Shown: positions 52,214-60,707 of the stretch, piece after piece
How the letters are laid out: every line of letters starts with the position of its first letter
Position numbering within the stretch: the stretch's first letter is position 1
Assembly (NCBI GenBank): GCA_051003195.1
Contig: JBPCLP010000053.1
Location: 1-64,000 of the forward strand
Reading direction: 5' to 3'
DNA from: Candidatus Sumerlaeaceae bacterium
GTDB lineage: Bacteria > Sumerlaeota > Sumerlaeia > Sumerlaeales > Sumerlaeaceae
DNA length: 64,000 nt
The notes under the pieces: model-generated
Database searches by the model: none
What the model saw: only the letters and a program-made list of their open reading frames with translations
What the model was told of the DNA's origin: nothing
Made by a program: the position numbers and the translations under genes

Positions 52214-53281
52214 CTAAGAAATAAGACGAAGATCTTTCGAAAGCGTTGTCAAATTCCGAAAACCTTTTTTCGTCACCACCACCAAATCTTCGATCCGGAC
52301 CCCGCCAAAACCGGGGATGTAGATGCCAGGTTCGACGGTGACGACCATGCCTTCGCGCAGTATTTCCTCACTACGGGGGTTCAGCGTGGGTGCTTCGTGA
52401 ATCTCGAGTCCAACACCATGGCCAAGCCCATGGCCAAATTGCTCGCCATATCCAGCGTCCGAGATGATGGTCCGAGCTGCGGCATCCACGTCTTTGCACA
52501 GGGCGCCCGGGCGAATCTTTTTTAGCGCGGCGATTTGCGCGGCCTTAACGATTTCATAGACCTCGCGGTGCTGCGGGGAGGCCTCTCCAACGCATGCGGT
52601 CCGGGTTAGATCGCTGTGGTAGAGCCTGTCCCGTACACCCATGTCGATCAGAAGATAATCGCCTGTGCGAATTTTTGTTTTTCCTGGTGTTGCGTGCGGT
52701 AAGCTGGTGTTCTGGCCGGTAGCGGCTATGGTCTCGAAAGCTTCCTCCACGCGATTGATGAACATAAGCCGCCGGACCTTGCGCTGAATGTCGAATTCAG
52801 TCTCGCCGGGCTGAGCCGTCTGCAGGATCAGATCGCATAACGCCTGGTTCAGCTTCTGGTTTTTGGCGATCTGTTTAGTCTCGGCAGGTTCCTTGATGGA
52901 TCGGAGCTCCCGCAGAATGTTCCCCGCCTCTATGAAGGTCGTGCGCCCCGCTGCCTTCTTGAATCTTTTAAACTGGTCGTAGGTGATGCCGCCTTCAAAT
53001 CCCAGTCTCTTAACGCCGACCTTCCTGATTAGGTCCCGCAGTTCGCCCGTTGCGTTCTGCGTCATGCGGAGTACCTTGTAGCCGCTGATCTGCTGCGTCG
53101 CTTTTTCTATGTACCTGAAGTCGGTGAGAAAAAACGCGTCGCGCCGCGTGACGAGCACGACGCAGTTGCTCGAAGAAAAGCGCGAGAGATACAGTGCGTT
53201 AGTGCGGGTGCTGACAAGCATGCCGTCGAGCTTCTCTTTGCGCATTGCGGCACGCAGAAGCGTGAGGCGTTCGTCACTCAT
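52214..53281 (-). CDS. Xaa-Pro aminopeptidase (M24B)
   Basis: LPHA, IDMG, SDLTRT, HGLGHGVGLEIHE, TVEPG, GVRIED. Confidence 0.95.
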   Translation of the reverse strand: MSDERLTLLRAAMRKEKLDGMLVSTRTNALYLSRFSSSNCVVLVTRRDAFFLTDFRYIEKATQQISGYKVLRMTQNATGELRDLIRKVGVKRLGFEGGITYDQFKRFKKAAGRTTFIEAGNILRELRSIKEPAETKQIAKNQKLNQALCDLILQTAQPGETEFDIQRKVRRLMFINRVEEAFETIAATGQNTSLPHATPGKTKIRTGDYLLIDMGVRDRLYHSDLTRTACVGEASPQHREVYEIVKAAQIAALKKIRPGALCKDVDAAARTIISDAGYGEQFGHGLGHGVGLEIHEAPTLNPRSEEILREGMVVTVEPGIYIPGFGGVRIEDLVVVTKKGFRNLTTLSKDLRLIS

Positions 53282-53901
53282 TAGAGGGTATCTTCGCCAC
53301 TCATGACAATTGTCTGGTGGTTTGAGGAGTGTCGCTCGGCATCGATGATTTTCCGGATGATCCCGATCGTTTGCTCCAAGTCCTCGTTGACCACCGCGTA
53401 GTCGTACTTCTGCGCGAAAGGTATCTCCAGGCGCGCATTGCGCATCCGCGTCTGGATGATTGCATCGTTGTCAGTATCGCGATTTCGGAGACGCTCTTCA
53501 AGTACGCGCAGGCTGGGCGGCAGCACGAAGATGAGCACTGCCTTGTCGTTCAGCTTCTTTATGTTCAGGCCGCCCTGCACATCGAGGTCGAGCACCACAT
53601 CCATGCCGCCCTCCAGCCTGGCATCTACGAGGTCACGCCGCGTACCGTAGAAGTTGCCATGCACGCGTGCCCACTCATAAAAGCTTTCACCAGCAATGAG
53701 ATGATTAAACTCATCTTCTCCGACAAAGTGATAATCGTGACCATCGACCTCATGACCGCGGCGTGGACGGCTGGTGACCGAAACTGAGTAGCATAAGCGG
53801 GTGTCTGCATCGAGCAGCGCCTTGCAGATCGAGCTTTTTCCGCCTCCCGAGGGCGAGGACAAGATGATGAGAATGCCTTGCGGCTTTAACGAAATCGGCA
53901 T
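53281..53901 (-). CDS. gmk: Guanylate kinase
   Basis: SSPSGGGKS, TSRPRR, DYHFV, HGNFYGT, DLDVQG. Confidence 0.96.
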   Translation of the reverse strand: MPISLKPQGILIILSSPSGGGKSSICKALLDADTRLCYSVSVTSRPRRGHEVDGHDYHFVGEDEFNHLIAGESFYEWARVHGNFYGTRRDLVDARLEGGMDVVLDLDVQGGLNIKKLNDKAVLIFVLPPSLRVLEERLRNRDTDNDAIIQTRMRNARLEIPFAQKYDYAVVNEDLEQTIGIIRKIIDAERHSSNHQTIVMSGEDTL

Positions 53902-53932
53902 CCGGCCACTATCTGGAGACCTTGATGGGCGG

Positions 53933-54370
53933 TCAAGGCGATTCAGGGTTCCATTGCTGGTCGGATGCGAAGTCGGATGCGGACAGGCTGACGTGGCGCC
54001 TGAGCATTAAAAAGCACCCGGCGCCGATAACCACTGCGATCGCATCGATCATCCAGTCGGCGAAATCGCAACTGCGCCTGGGTACCCATAGCTGGTGCAT
54101 TTCATCGGTGGCGCCATAGACCCAGCCGGCGAGCACAGCCGCACTGCCGCGCCACCGCAATTCCAACCAGCGCGCCAGAAGGATTCCAAATGGCGTGTAT
54201 AGCGCAAAATGCACCCACTTATCTGCAAAGCGCCATCCAACCTCGGGGTAGTTGTTCCCGGGAACGGAAGAAAGAATGAACAGCAATAACGCCCAGGCCA
54301 AAACGGGCATCCACTTGATTACCGGGTCGCCAGGAAATACGAACCAGCGAAAGAACCGCGGGAACGGCAT
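53933..54370 (-). CDS. VanZ family membrane protein
   Basis: DKWVHFALY, YGATDEMHQLWVPRR, DWMID. Confidence 0.88.
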   Translation of the reverse strand: MPFPRFFRWFVFPGDPVIKWMPVLAWALLLFILSSVPGNNYPEVGWRFADKWVHFALYTPFGILLARWLELRWRGSAAVLAGWVYGATDEMHQLWVPRRSCDFADWMIDAIAVVIGAGCFLMLRRHVSLSASDFASDQQWNPESP

Positions 54371-54377
54371 TAGTGAA

Positions 54378-54725
54378 TCACGCGTTGACGGCTCTTCCGC
54401 CCTGAAGCATCTCGATTGGCCGTGCTTCGCGGCCTTCACTCTTGGAATAGACCTGCTTGCCGTCGACTTCGACGGAATCGACGATGCAAACGATCGCGGC
54501 GTCGACCGGCTTGTTCGTCGTCTGCCCGGTCAATCGTGCACTGCTGCCCTGCACCACGATGACGAGCTCGTTTGGGCCGGCGCCCACTGCGTCGCATGCC
54601 ACGGTATAGCTGTTCATCAGCTTCATGTTAACGTCGACGTTCTGCACAACCAGTAGATTAAAGCCACGCATGCCTTCATCTTTTTGCGTCGAAACGACGG
54701 TTCCGACCACGCGACCCATTAACAT
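54378..54725 (-). CDS. EutN/CcmL family microcompartment vertex (BMC-P) protein
   Basis: MLMGRVVGTVVSTQK, VACDAVGAG, VQGSSAR, PVDAAIVCIVD; AGGAG RBS. Confidence 0.93.
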   Translation of the reverse strand: MLMGRVVGTVVSTQKDEGMRGFNLLVVQNVDVNMKLMNSYTVACDAVGAGPNELVIVVQGSSARLTGQTTNKPVDAAIVCIVDSVEVDGKQVYSKSEGREARPIEMLQGGRAVNA

Positions 54726-54845
54726 GAAGAAACTCCTAATCGTAGATTCAAAATTCTAAATTCAAATCGCTTTAGCTTCTGTCGGAGCATCTGAAATGCA
54801 AGGAGCGAGATGCCCGATTGTTAATTTTGAATCGTCTAACCTGGA

Positions 54846-55832
54846 TTATTTTTTAGGCTCGCCCATTTTGCACAGCTTGTCTGCGACGGCCTCCAGTTCC
54901 ACACGCATTTTAAGCGATTCGAGCCAGCGTTCGGGAATTGCCTGCTCGCCAAAGCGTGCACCCAGCAGCGCGCCTGCAACGGCGCCCAGGGTGGCGGCGT
55001 CCCCGCCGAGGTTTACCGCGCGAACCAGGCCTTCCTCGAAATCGATGGCGTTGAGCGTGAGCCAGTAGCCGGCCTGCGTTGTCTCGATGGCCATGCCGTT
55101 CGCTTTTAGGTCATCATACTGGACGTCGTTGACCGCCTTCAGGAATTTTACCATATCCTGCAGCGGATCGGCCGCATCTTCTTCGCCGACCTGCTCCCGG
55201 TATTCTTTCGTGGCGCGGGAATCTGCCAGGAAGCGCCATGTTTTAAACAGCAACTTGGAAGGATCCTTGCCGCTGGTTAGATAGCTGATCCCGAAATTAA
55301 AAGCAATGCACGCATCCACGCAACGGGGGTCATGGTGTGTAAGACGGCAAACGTCCATGGTCTCCTGCACCAGTTCCTTCGGTTGGACGCGACGCAGCAT
55401 GCCAACAGGTGCGACCCGGACAATGCAGCCGCTGCCGGCAACATCGCCGCCCCGCTGTTGCCACACCTTGGTGGCCGCAGAGAAGATGTCCTTCGCTTTG
55501 GGCTTTAAACTGCTTAAAACGGATCGGGTGGTGGGGCCTATCCCCTTTCCACTGCCGTTGCTGTTGATGTATTCGACCATGTGGCCTGCGATAATCCGTA
55601 TCTCAGCGCCCTGGTTCTCGATCAGTGACTTGGCCACAACATAAGCAAGTCGGGTATCGTCGCCAACTTCGCCGGCTTTAGAGTTCAGTCTTCCTCCGCC
55701 AACAAGTTCGCGATGGATTCCGTACTTCTCTTTCACCTCTGAACGACTCATGGCATCCACGGTGGCGCCTAGCGCGTCGCCAATTGCTGCGCCGACAAGC
55801 GCCCCCCTGTAGCTGTCCTGCGTCTGGTTCAT
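54846..55832 (-). CDS. ADP-ribosylglycohydrolase (DraG/ARH) family protein
   Basis: GALVGAAIGDALGA, GDDT, LTHHDP, VNLGGDAATLGAVAGALLGA, IPERW. Confidence 0.88.
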   Translation of the reverse strand: MNQTQDSYRGALVGAAIGDALGATVDAMSRSEVKEKYGIHRELVGGGRLNSKAGEVGDDTRLAYVVAKSLIENQGAEIRIIAGHMVEYINSNGSGKGIGPTTRSVLSSLKPKAKDIFSAATKVWQQRGGDVAGSGCIVRVAPVGMLRRVQPKELVQETMDVCRLTHHDPRCVDACIAFNFGISYLTSGKDPSKLLFKTWRFLADSRATKEYREQVGEEDAADPLQDMVKFLKAVNDVQYDDLKANGMAIETTQAGYWLTLNAIDFEEGLVRAVNLGGDAATLGAVAGALLGARFGEQAIPERWLESLKMRVELEAVADKLCKMGEPKK

Positions 55833-55881
55833 GGTTTCCTTTCTCAGTTACTCCGGCCAGCTTAGAACCGGCTCGTGTTGG

Positions 55882-56706
55882 TTAGTATTCGTGCTTCTGT
55901 TCTGGAAACGTCCCGCTCCGCACATCCGTACAGAACTCTCGCACCGCGGATTCCATTGTTTCCAGCATACTTGCGTATTGTTTGACGAACTTGGGTGGGA
56001 CATCGGATGACAGGCCGATCAAATCTGTCATTACAAGAACCTGGCCGTCGCAGCCTTTTCCCGCGCCAATACCTATCGTTGCGACCTGGAGCGATGCCGT
56101 TATCTCAGTTGCTACTTCCGGGTCCATTGCCTCCAGGACGATCGCAAAGGCTCCGGCTTCCTGTAACGCATGGGCATCTTCCAGGAGTTTTGCCGCGCTC
56201 TCGTCCTGGCGGCCCTGGACGCGATATCCGCCGAGCTTGTGAACGGCCTGTGGCGTGAGGCCAATATGGCCCATTACCGGGATTCCGGCGTTGCTGATGG
56301 CCCGCACTGAATTTGCGATTTCGATGCCGCCTTCAAGCTTCACGGCTTCGGCGCCCCCGGCCTGTACCAATCGGCCGGCGCTAAGGAGCGCCTGTTCCGC
56401 GGAGGCCTGATAGGTCAAAAAGGGCAGGTCCGCGATAAGAAATGCCCGTTTGACGCCCCTGTGCACCGCCGCTGTATGGTGGACCATAATATCGAGGGTG
56501 ACCGGGATGGTTGAATCGTAGCCTAACGCCACCATTCCCAAAGAATCACCCACCAATACGGCATCGCATCCAGCGCTGTCCGCTGCGACGCCGGTAGGGT
56601 AATCGTAAGCGGTAACGATGGCGATTTTGTGCCCGCGCTGCTTCAGCATCGCGAAGTGATGCACACGCCGTTTGGGTTCGGCGACCGCTCGCCGTGGGCT
56701 TGTCAT
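55882..56706 (-). CDS. panB: 3-methyl-2-oxobutanoate hydroxymethyltransferase
   Basis: TAYDY, LVGDSLGM, ADLPF, VKLEGG, GHIGLTPQ, GIGAG..CDGQVLV. Confidence 0.96.
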   Translation of the reverse strand: MTSPRRAVAEPKRRVHHFAMLKQRGHKIAIVTAYDYPTGVAADSAGCDAVLVGDSLGMVALGYDSTIPVTLDIMVHHTAAVHRGVKRAFLIADLPFLTYQASAEQALLSAGRLVQAGGAEAVKLEGGIEIANSVRAISNAGIPVMGHIGLTPQAVHKLGGYRVQGRQDESAAKLLEDAHALQEAGAFAIVLEAMDPEVATEITASLQVATIGIGAGKGCDGQVLVMTDLIGLSSDVPPKFVKQYASMLETMESAVREFCTDVRSGTFPEQKHEY

Positions 56707-56771
56707 GGGCTCACAATACATCCGTCTTATAGAATTCAGCACAGCAATCGCCGATTTTTCCACAACGGCAG

Positions 56772-58061
56772 CTAACGCGCTGCGCTATCCCATGCCCAGC
56801 CTCGTTTTTTCCAGTGCGCAACGTCCGCATTTTCCGATAGACGAAGTAGTTGATTATACTTTGCGAGCCGGGACGAGCGGGTGATGGAGCCGATCTTAAT
56901 TTGAGCGGCGCCGGAGCCGACCGCGAGGTCGGACATCGTTGCGTCTTCTGTCTCGCCGGACCGGGCGGAGACGACGGTGCCGTAGCGCGCCTGCCTGGCA
57001 AGCGACATTGCCTGAAGTGTTTCGGTCACGGTACCAATCTGGTTGAGCTTAATCAGAACCGCGTTTGCGACACTGCGGTCGATACCCTGCTGCAGGCGCG
57101 AGGTGTTGGTAACGAAGAGGTCGTCTCCCAGAAGCTGCAATCGTGGACCGAGCCGCTCGGTCAGCAGCTCCCAGCCGTCCCAGTCATCCTCGGCAAGACC
57201 ATCTTCAATGCTGATAACAGGATGTTTATCGGCCAAGCGTTCAAGGTAAGTCACCATCGCACGAGACGTTCGACGCTTGCCATCGGCCTTCATCTGGTAC
57301 ACGCCGTCGGAGTAGAAATGGCTCGCGGCAACGTCGACCGCTATTCCAACAGTGCCGGGCGAAAAACCGGCGTCGCGGATGGAACCGGACAGCAGCACGA
57401 GCGCGGCGGCGTTGGAGGGTAAATTGGGCCCAATCCCACCTTCATCGGCAACAAGCTGCGGGTTGTAGCCGGTTTTCTTCACGCACCGGGAGAGGGCGAC
57501 CTTATAGATCTCGTGTGTCCACTCCAGCGCCTGCATGATCGACTTCGCGCCGTGTGGCACAATCAGGAAATCCTGGAAGTCGAGTTGTCGGCCCGCATGC
57601 AGGCCACCGCTCAGGATGTTGATCATGGGAAGCGGCATACTGGGCTGCCCACGCATCGCTTTAGCAAACAGATGATAAAGCGGCTGATTGGAGGCGGACG
57701 CGAACGCGTGCGCGAAAGCAAGGGAAGCCGCGAGAATGGCATTCGCACCAAAGGTGGATTTGTTCGACGTTCCGTCCAGCTCGATCAGGAAACGGTCGAA
57801 ATCAGCGATGCTGTTAAAACGTCTGCCGGTTGCTTGCGAAGCGATCTGGCTATTCACATTAGCGACGGCTTTCCGCACTCCGAATCCACTGAACCTGGTA
57901 GGTTTAGCATCGCGGAGCTCAAGTGCTTCGTGAGTTCCGGTCGAGGCGCCGCTGGGAGCGATGGAGCGACCTCGCGCACCGTCCAGAATCACTTCGGCTT
58001 CGACGGTCGGTCGGCCGCGGGAATCCAGCACTTCGCGCGCGTAGATGCGTTCAAGCTTCAC
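56772..58061 (-). CDS. eno: Enolase-family protein with non-canonical active-site residues
   Basis: LDSRGRPTVE, PSGASTG, DEGG, GDDLFVTN, LIKLNQIG; but QDF (usually QEF) and SARSGETED (usually SHRSGETED). Confidence 0.85.
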   Translation of the reverse strand: MKLERIYAREVLDSRGRPTVEAEVILDGARGRSIAPSGASTGTHEALELRDAKPTRFSGFGVRKAVANVNSQIASQATGRRFNSIADFDRFLIELDGTSNKSTFGANAILAASLAFAHAFASASNQPLYHLFAKAMRGQPSMPLPMINILSGGLHAGRQLDFQDFLIVPHGAKSIMQALEWTHEIYKVALSRCVKKTGYNPQLVADEGGIGPNLPSNAAALVLLSGSIRDAGFSPGTVGIAVDVAASHFYSDGVYQMKADGKRRTSRAMVTYLERLADKHPVISIEDGLAEDDWDGWELLTERLGPRLQLLGDDLFVTNTSRLQQGIDRSVANAVLIKLNQIGTVTETLQAMSLARQARYGTVVSARSGETEDATMSDLAVGSGAAQIKIGSITRSSRLAKYNQLLRLSENADVAHWKKRGWAWDSAAR

Positions 58062-59014
58062 TTCAATGCGTCCAGTCCCTGTGTCCCATTCAGCAGCCGC
58101 GCACCCGTTTCGACGACGACCTTTTTTCCACGTTCATCAAGATACTCGACTGGCGACTTGCCGAGTACGCGGGCCAGCATAAGCGCGCCGAGCACGGGCC
58201 AGAAATCGCGAGGAAGATCAGCACTCAGCTCGTTCAAGTATCCGCCCAGGTAAACTTCGATAAGTTTTAGATAATCAGCGCTTCGCTCTGGCAGACGGAC
58301 GGACTTCAGGTAAAGGTGATTCGCGATGGACGCGACATCGAAGGCGGGGTGGCCAATGTGCCCGACTTCGAAGTCGAGGATGATCACTCTCCCCTGGCTT
58401 ACGAGGAGATTTTTAGGTGTGTAGTCGGCGTGGGTCAGGCTATCTGTAGCACTCATTAGTTCTGCCGCAAGGCGGCGAAGCTCCGTTGCGTATTCCGGAT
58501 GCTGAGCGGCGATAAACAGCACGTATGCATCGACCCGGAGCTGGTAAAAGAACGTTTTGTCGCGCAGGTCTTCCGGCACAACATCGCCCGGAATCTTCTG
58601 CATACGTGCGAGCAGGCGTCCCACCTGCTCAGCGACCTTCATGTCCAGGTGCCCGGCTAACAGCTGCACCTTCCAGTTTTCGGAGTCCAGGGGCGCGGAG
58701 GACATGACGACGATTGCCTGCCCGCGATCCTCGAAAAGCAGCTTCGGGACGTGGTCGGGTCCCAGTTCGGCATGGAGGAGCTGCAGCATCAGCGCTTCGC
58801 GGTGCGCGCGCGCAGGGTCGGAGAACCACTCCTTTTCGACGCGCAACTGCGGAAGAGCCTGTTTAATAACGACGGGTTCCCCGACATGCGGCCACAACCG
58901 GAAAGCGCTACAGGATACTCCACCCGTCAATGGCTCGGTTCGTACGCCATCGACCGATTTTATGAGTCCATGCTCTGCTGCGTAGATGGCTGCGTTTGAG
59001 TCGTCCAGCTTCAT
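58058..59014 (-). CDS. APH/methylthioribose-kinase-like phosphotransferase
   Basis: LTGGVS, VIKQALP, HADYTPKNLL, ILDFE, GHPAFD. Confidence 0.85.
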   Translation of the reverse strand: MKLDDSNAAIYAAEHGLIKSVDGVRTEPLTGGVSCSAFRLWPHVGEPVVIKQALPQLRVEKEWFSDPARAHREALMLQLLHAELGPDHVPKLLFEDRGQAIVVMSSAPLDSENWKVQLLAGHLDMKVAEQVGRLLARMQKIPGDVVPEDLRDKTFFYQLRVDAYVLFIAAQHPEYATELRRLAAELMSATDSLTHADYTPKNLLVSQGRVIILDFEVGHIGHPAFDVASIANHLYLKSVRLPERSADYLKLIEVYLGGYLNELSADLPRDFWPVLGALMLARVLGKSPVEYLDERGKKVVVETGARLLNGTQGLDALK

Positions 59015-59022
59015 GAATAGCT

Positions 59023-60381
59023 TTAAGGCTTGTCCTTGCGAAGACTGTCCAGATTTTCACGCAGGTAAACCAGCGCTTCGTCGCGCGAAGCAAAACGATT
59101 CTCGAGTTGCTCATCAAACATGCGCTGCAGAATGAGTTTATACTGAGGTCCCGGGATCAGCCCCAGGGCTGTCAAATCGACCCCATTGATGTATGGCTGC
59201 GGCAGGGCGCCCCTGGTAGCTTCGTCTTCGCGCAGCTCTGCCAGTTTTGCGGTCGCAAGTTCGTAGGTGTCCAGATCGTTAAAGCACCCAAGGCAATCTG
59301 CTTTGTGCAGCTCAAGCTCCTCCTGGATGAACGAGGAAGAGAGGAAGCGCCGCATGGTGCTGGTGCGCATATCCGGGAAATCGACAAAGCGCATGTGGCG
59401 CTCGATCATCGCCATGACTTGCTCGCGCAGCTCGTTGGAGCATGCGAGGCGCCGGCAAATGGAATCGGCCATCTCTGCACCAACCTTATGATGGTTGTTG
59501 AAGCGAATCCGGTCAGTGAGCGTTGCAGTAGGCGGCTTGCCGACGTCGTGCAGCAGAGCGGCCATGGCAAGCGCGGCGGACGGCTGGGGGGGCAGGTTGG
59601 CAAGGACGAGCTTCGTATGCTCAAATACGTCTCCCTCCGGATGGAACTGGGGTGGCTGGGCCATGCCTTTCATCGCTTCCACCTCGGGCAGGATGATGCC
59701 GAGCAGACCGCTTGTGTCCAGGAGTTCCAGAAAACGCGCGGGGTTTGCCCGGGTCAGGCCCTTCATCAGTTCGTCTCGCACGCGCTCGGCGCTGACGTGC
59801 TTGACGAGATGCGCGTTGGCTTGAATCGCCGTCCAGGTGCCTGACTCAATTTCGAAATCGAGCGAACTGGCGAAACGCACCGCACGTATGAGCCGCAGTG
59901 CGTCTTCATTGAAGCGGTCCTTAGGCTGGCCGATGCAGCGCAGCAGCCGCGCCTGTAGGTCCTGCTGCCCGCCAACGTAATCGATGACCTCGTTCGTGAG
60001 CGGTTCCAGGTAAAGCCCATTCACGGTGAAGTCCCGCCGGAGCGCATCGTGTTCGGCGTCGCTGTAACGTACGCTGTCCGGCCGACGACGATCGGAGTAG
60101 CCGGTTTCCTCGCGAAATGTCGCGACCTCTGTGTGAATTCCGTCCTGCACCACGATGACGACCCCAAAACTTGCGCCTACCAGGATGGACTTGTGAAAGA
60201 GCGGAATTACCTGGTCCGGTGTGGCGCTTGTCGCGACATCAAAGTCATCCGGCTCGCGACCGAGCAGCAGGTCGCGCACACATCCGCCCACGAGCACCGC
60301 CTGGTAGCCTTGCTGCTTCAGGCGCGCGATTACTCTGGTAGCAGCCGCGGCTGCGCGAGATGTCAGGTTCAGGTTAGTCAT
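59023..60381 (-). CDS. cca: tRNA nucleotidyltransferase (CCA/polyA-polymerase family) with HD domain
   Basis: VGGCVRDLLL, DFDVAT, RRDFTVN, EDALRLIRAVRF, HPEGDV, LLHDVGK. Confidence 0.92.
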   Translation of the reverse strand: MTNLNLTSRAAAAATRVIARLKQQGYQAVLVGGCVRDLLLGREPDDFDVATSATPDQVIPLFHKSILVGASFGVVIVVQDGIHTEVATFREETGYSDRRRPDSVRYSDAEHDALRRDFTVNGLYLEPLTNEVIDYVGGQQDLQARLLRCIGQPKDRFNEDALRLIRAVRFASSLDFEIESGTWTAIQANAHLVKHVSAERVRDELMKGLTRANPARFLELLDTSGLLGIILPEVEAMKGMAQPPQFHPEGDVFEHTKLVLANLPPQPSAALAMAALLHDVGKPPTATLTDRIRFNNHHKVGAEMADSICRRLACSNELREQVMAMIERHMRFVDFPDMRTSTMRRFLSSSFIQEELELHKADCLGCFNDLDTYELATAKLAELREDEATRGALPQPYINGVDLTALGLIPGPQYKLILQRMFDEQLENRFASRDEALVYLRENLDSLRKDKP

Positions 60382-60540
60382 TAGGGTAGTGGGCGCGAAA
60401 TCAAAGAATCCAAGGAATCAAAGTACAATCATAGTTTGCCGATTTTGCGGAGGTGTAATCAAAGTTTTGATTTGGGGGACGCGTTTGATTCGATTGGTCG
60501 TGGGTTTATGGGCTAAGTCGCGCAAGATCCACTAACCACA

Positions 60541-60573
60541 GAGGCACAGAGACACAGAGCGGGCACAGAGATT
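60541..60573 (+). repeat. 33-bp CACAGAG-based repeat, copy 1
   Basis: GAGGCACAGAGACACAGAGCGGGCACAGAGATT, identical to 63887-63919. Confidence 0.85.
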
Positions 60574-60707
60574 TTGCCACAGAACACACGGAATGGCCTC
60601 GATTGGCGGCGCGCGTGGGACCGGGATAATTGCGAGGCTGACAGCGGTATTATAAAATTCAAAGACGTAACGGCATCGCGTTGCCCGCTTTCCTAGCGGA
60701 CGCTTGC

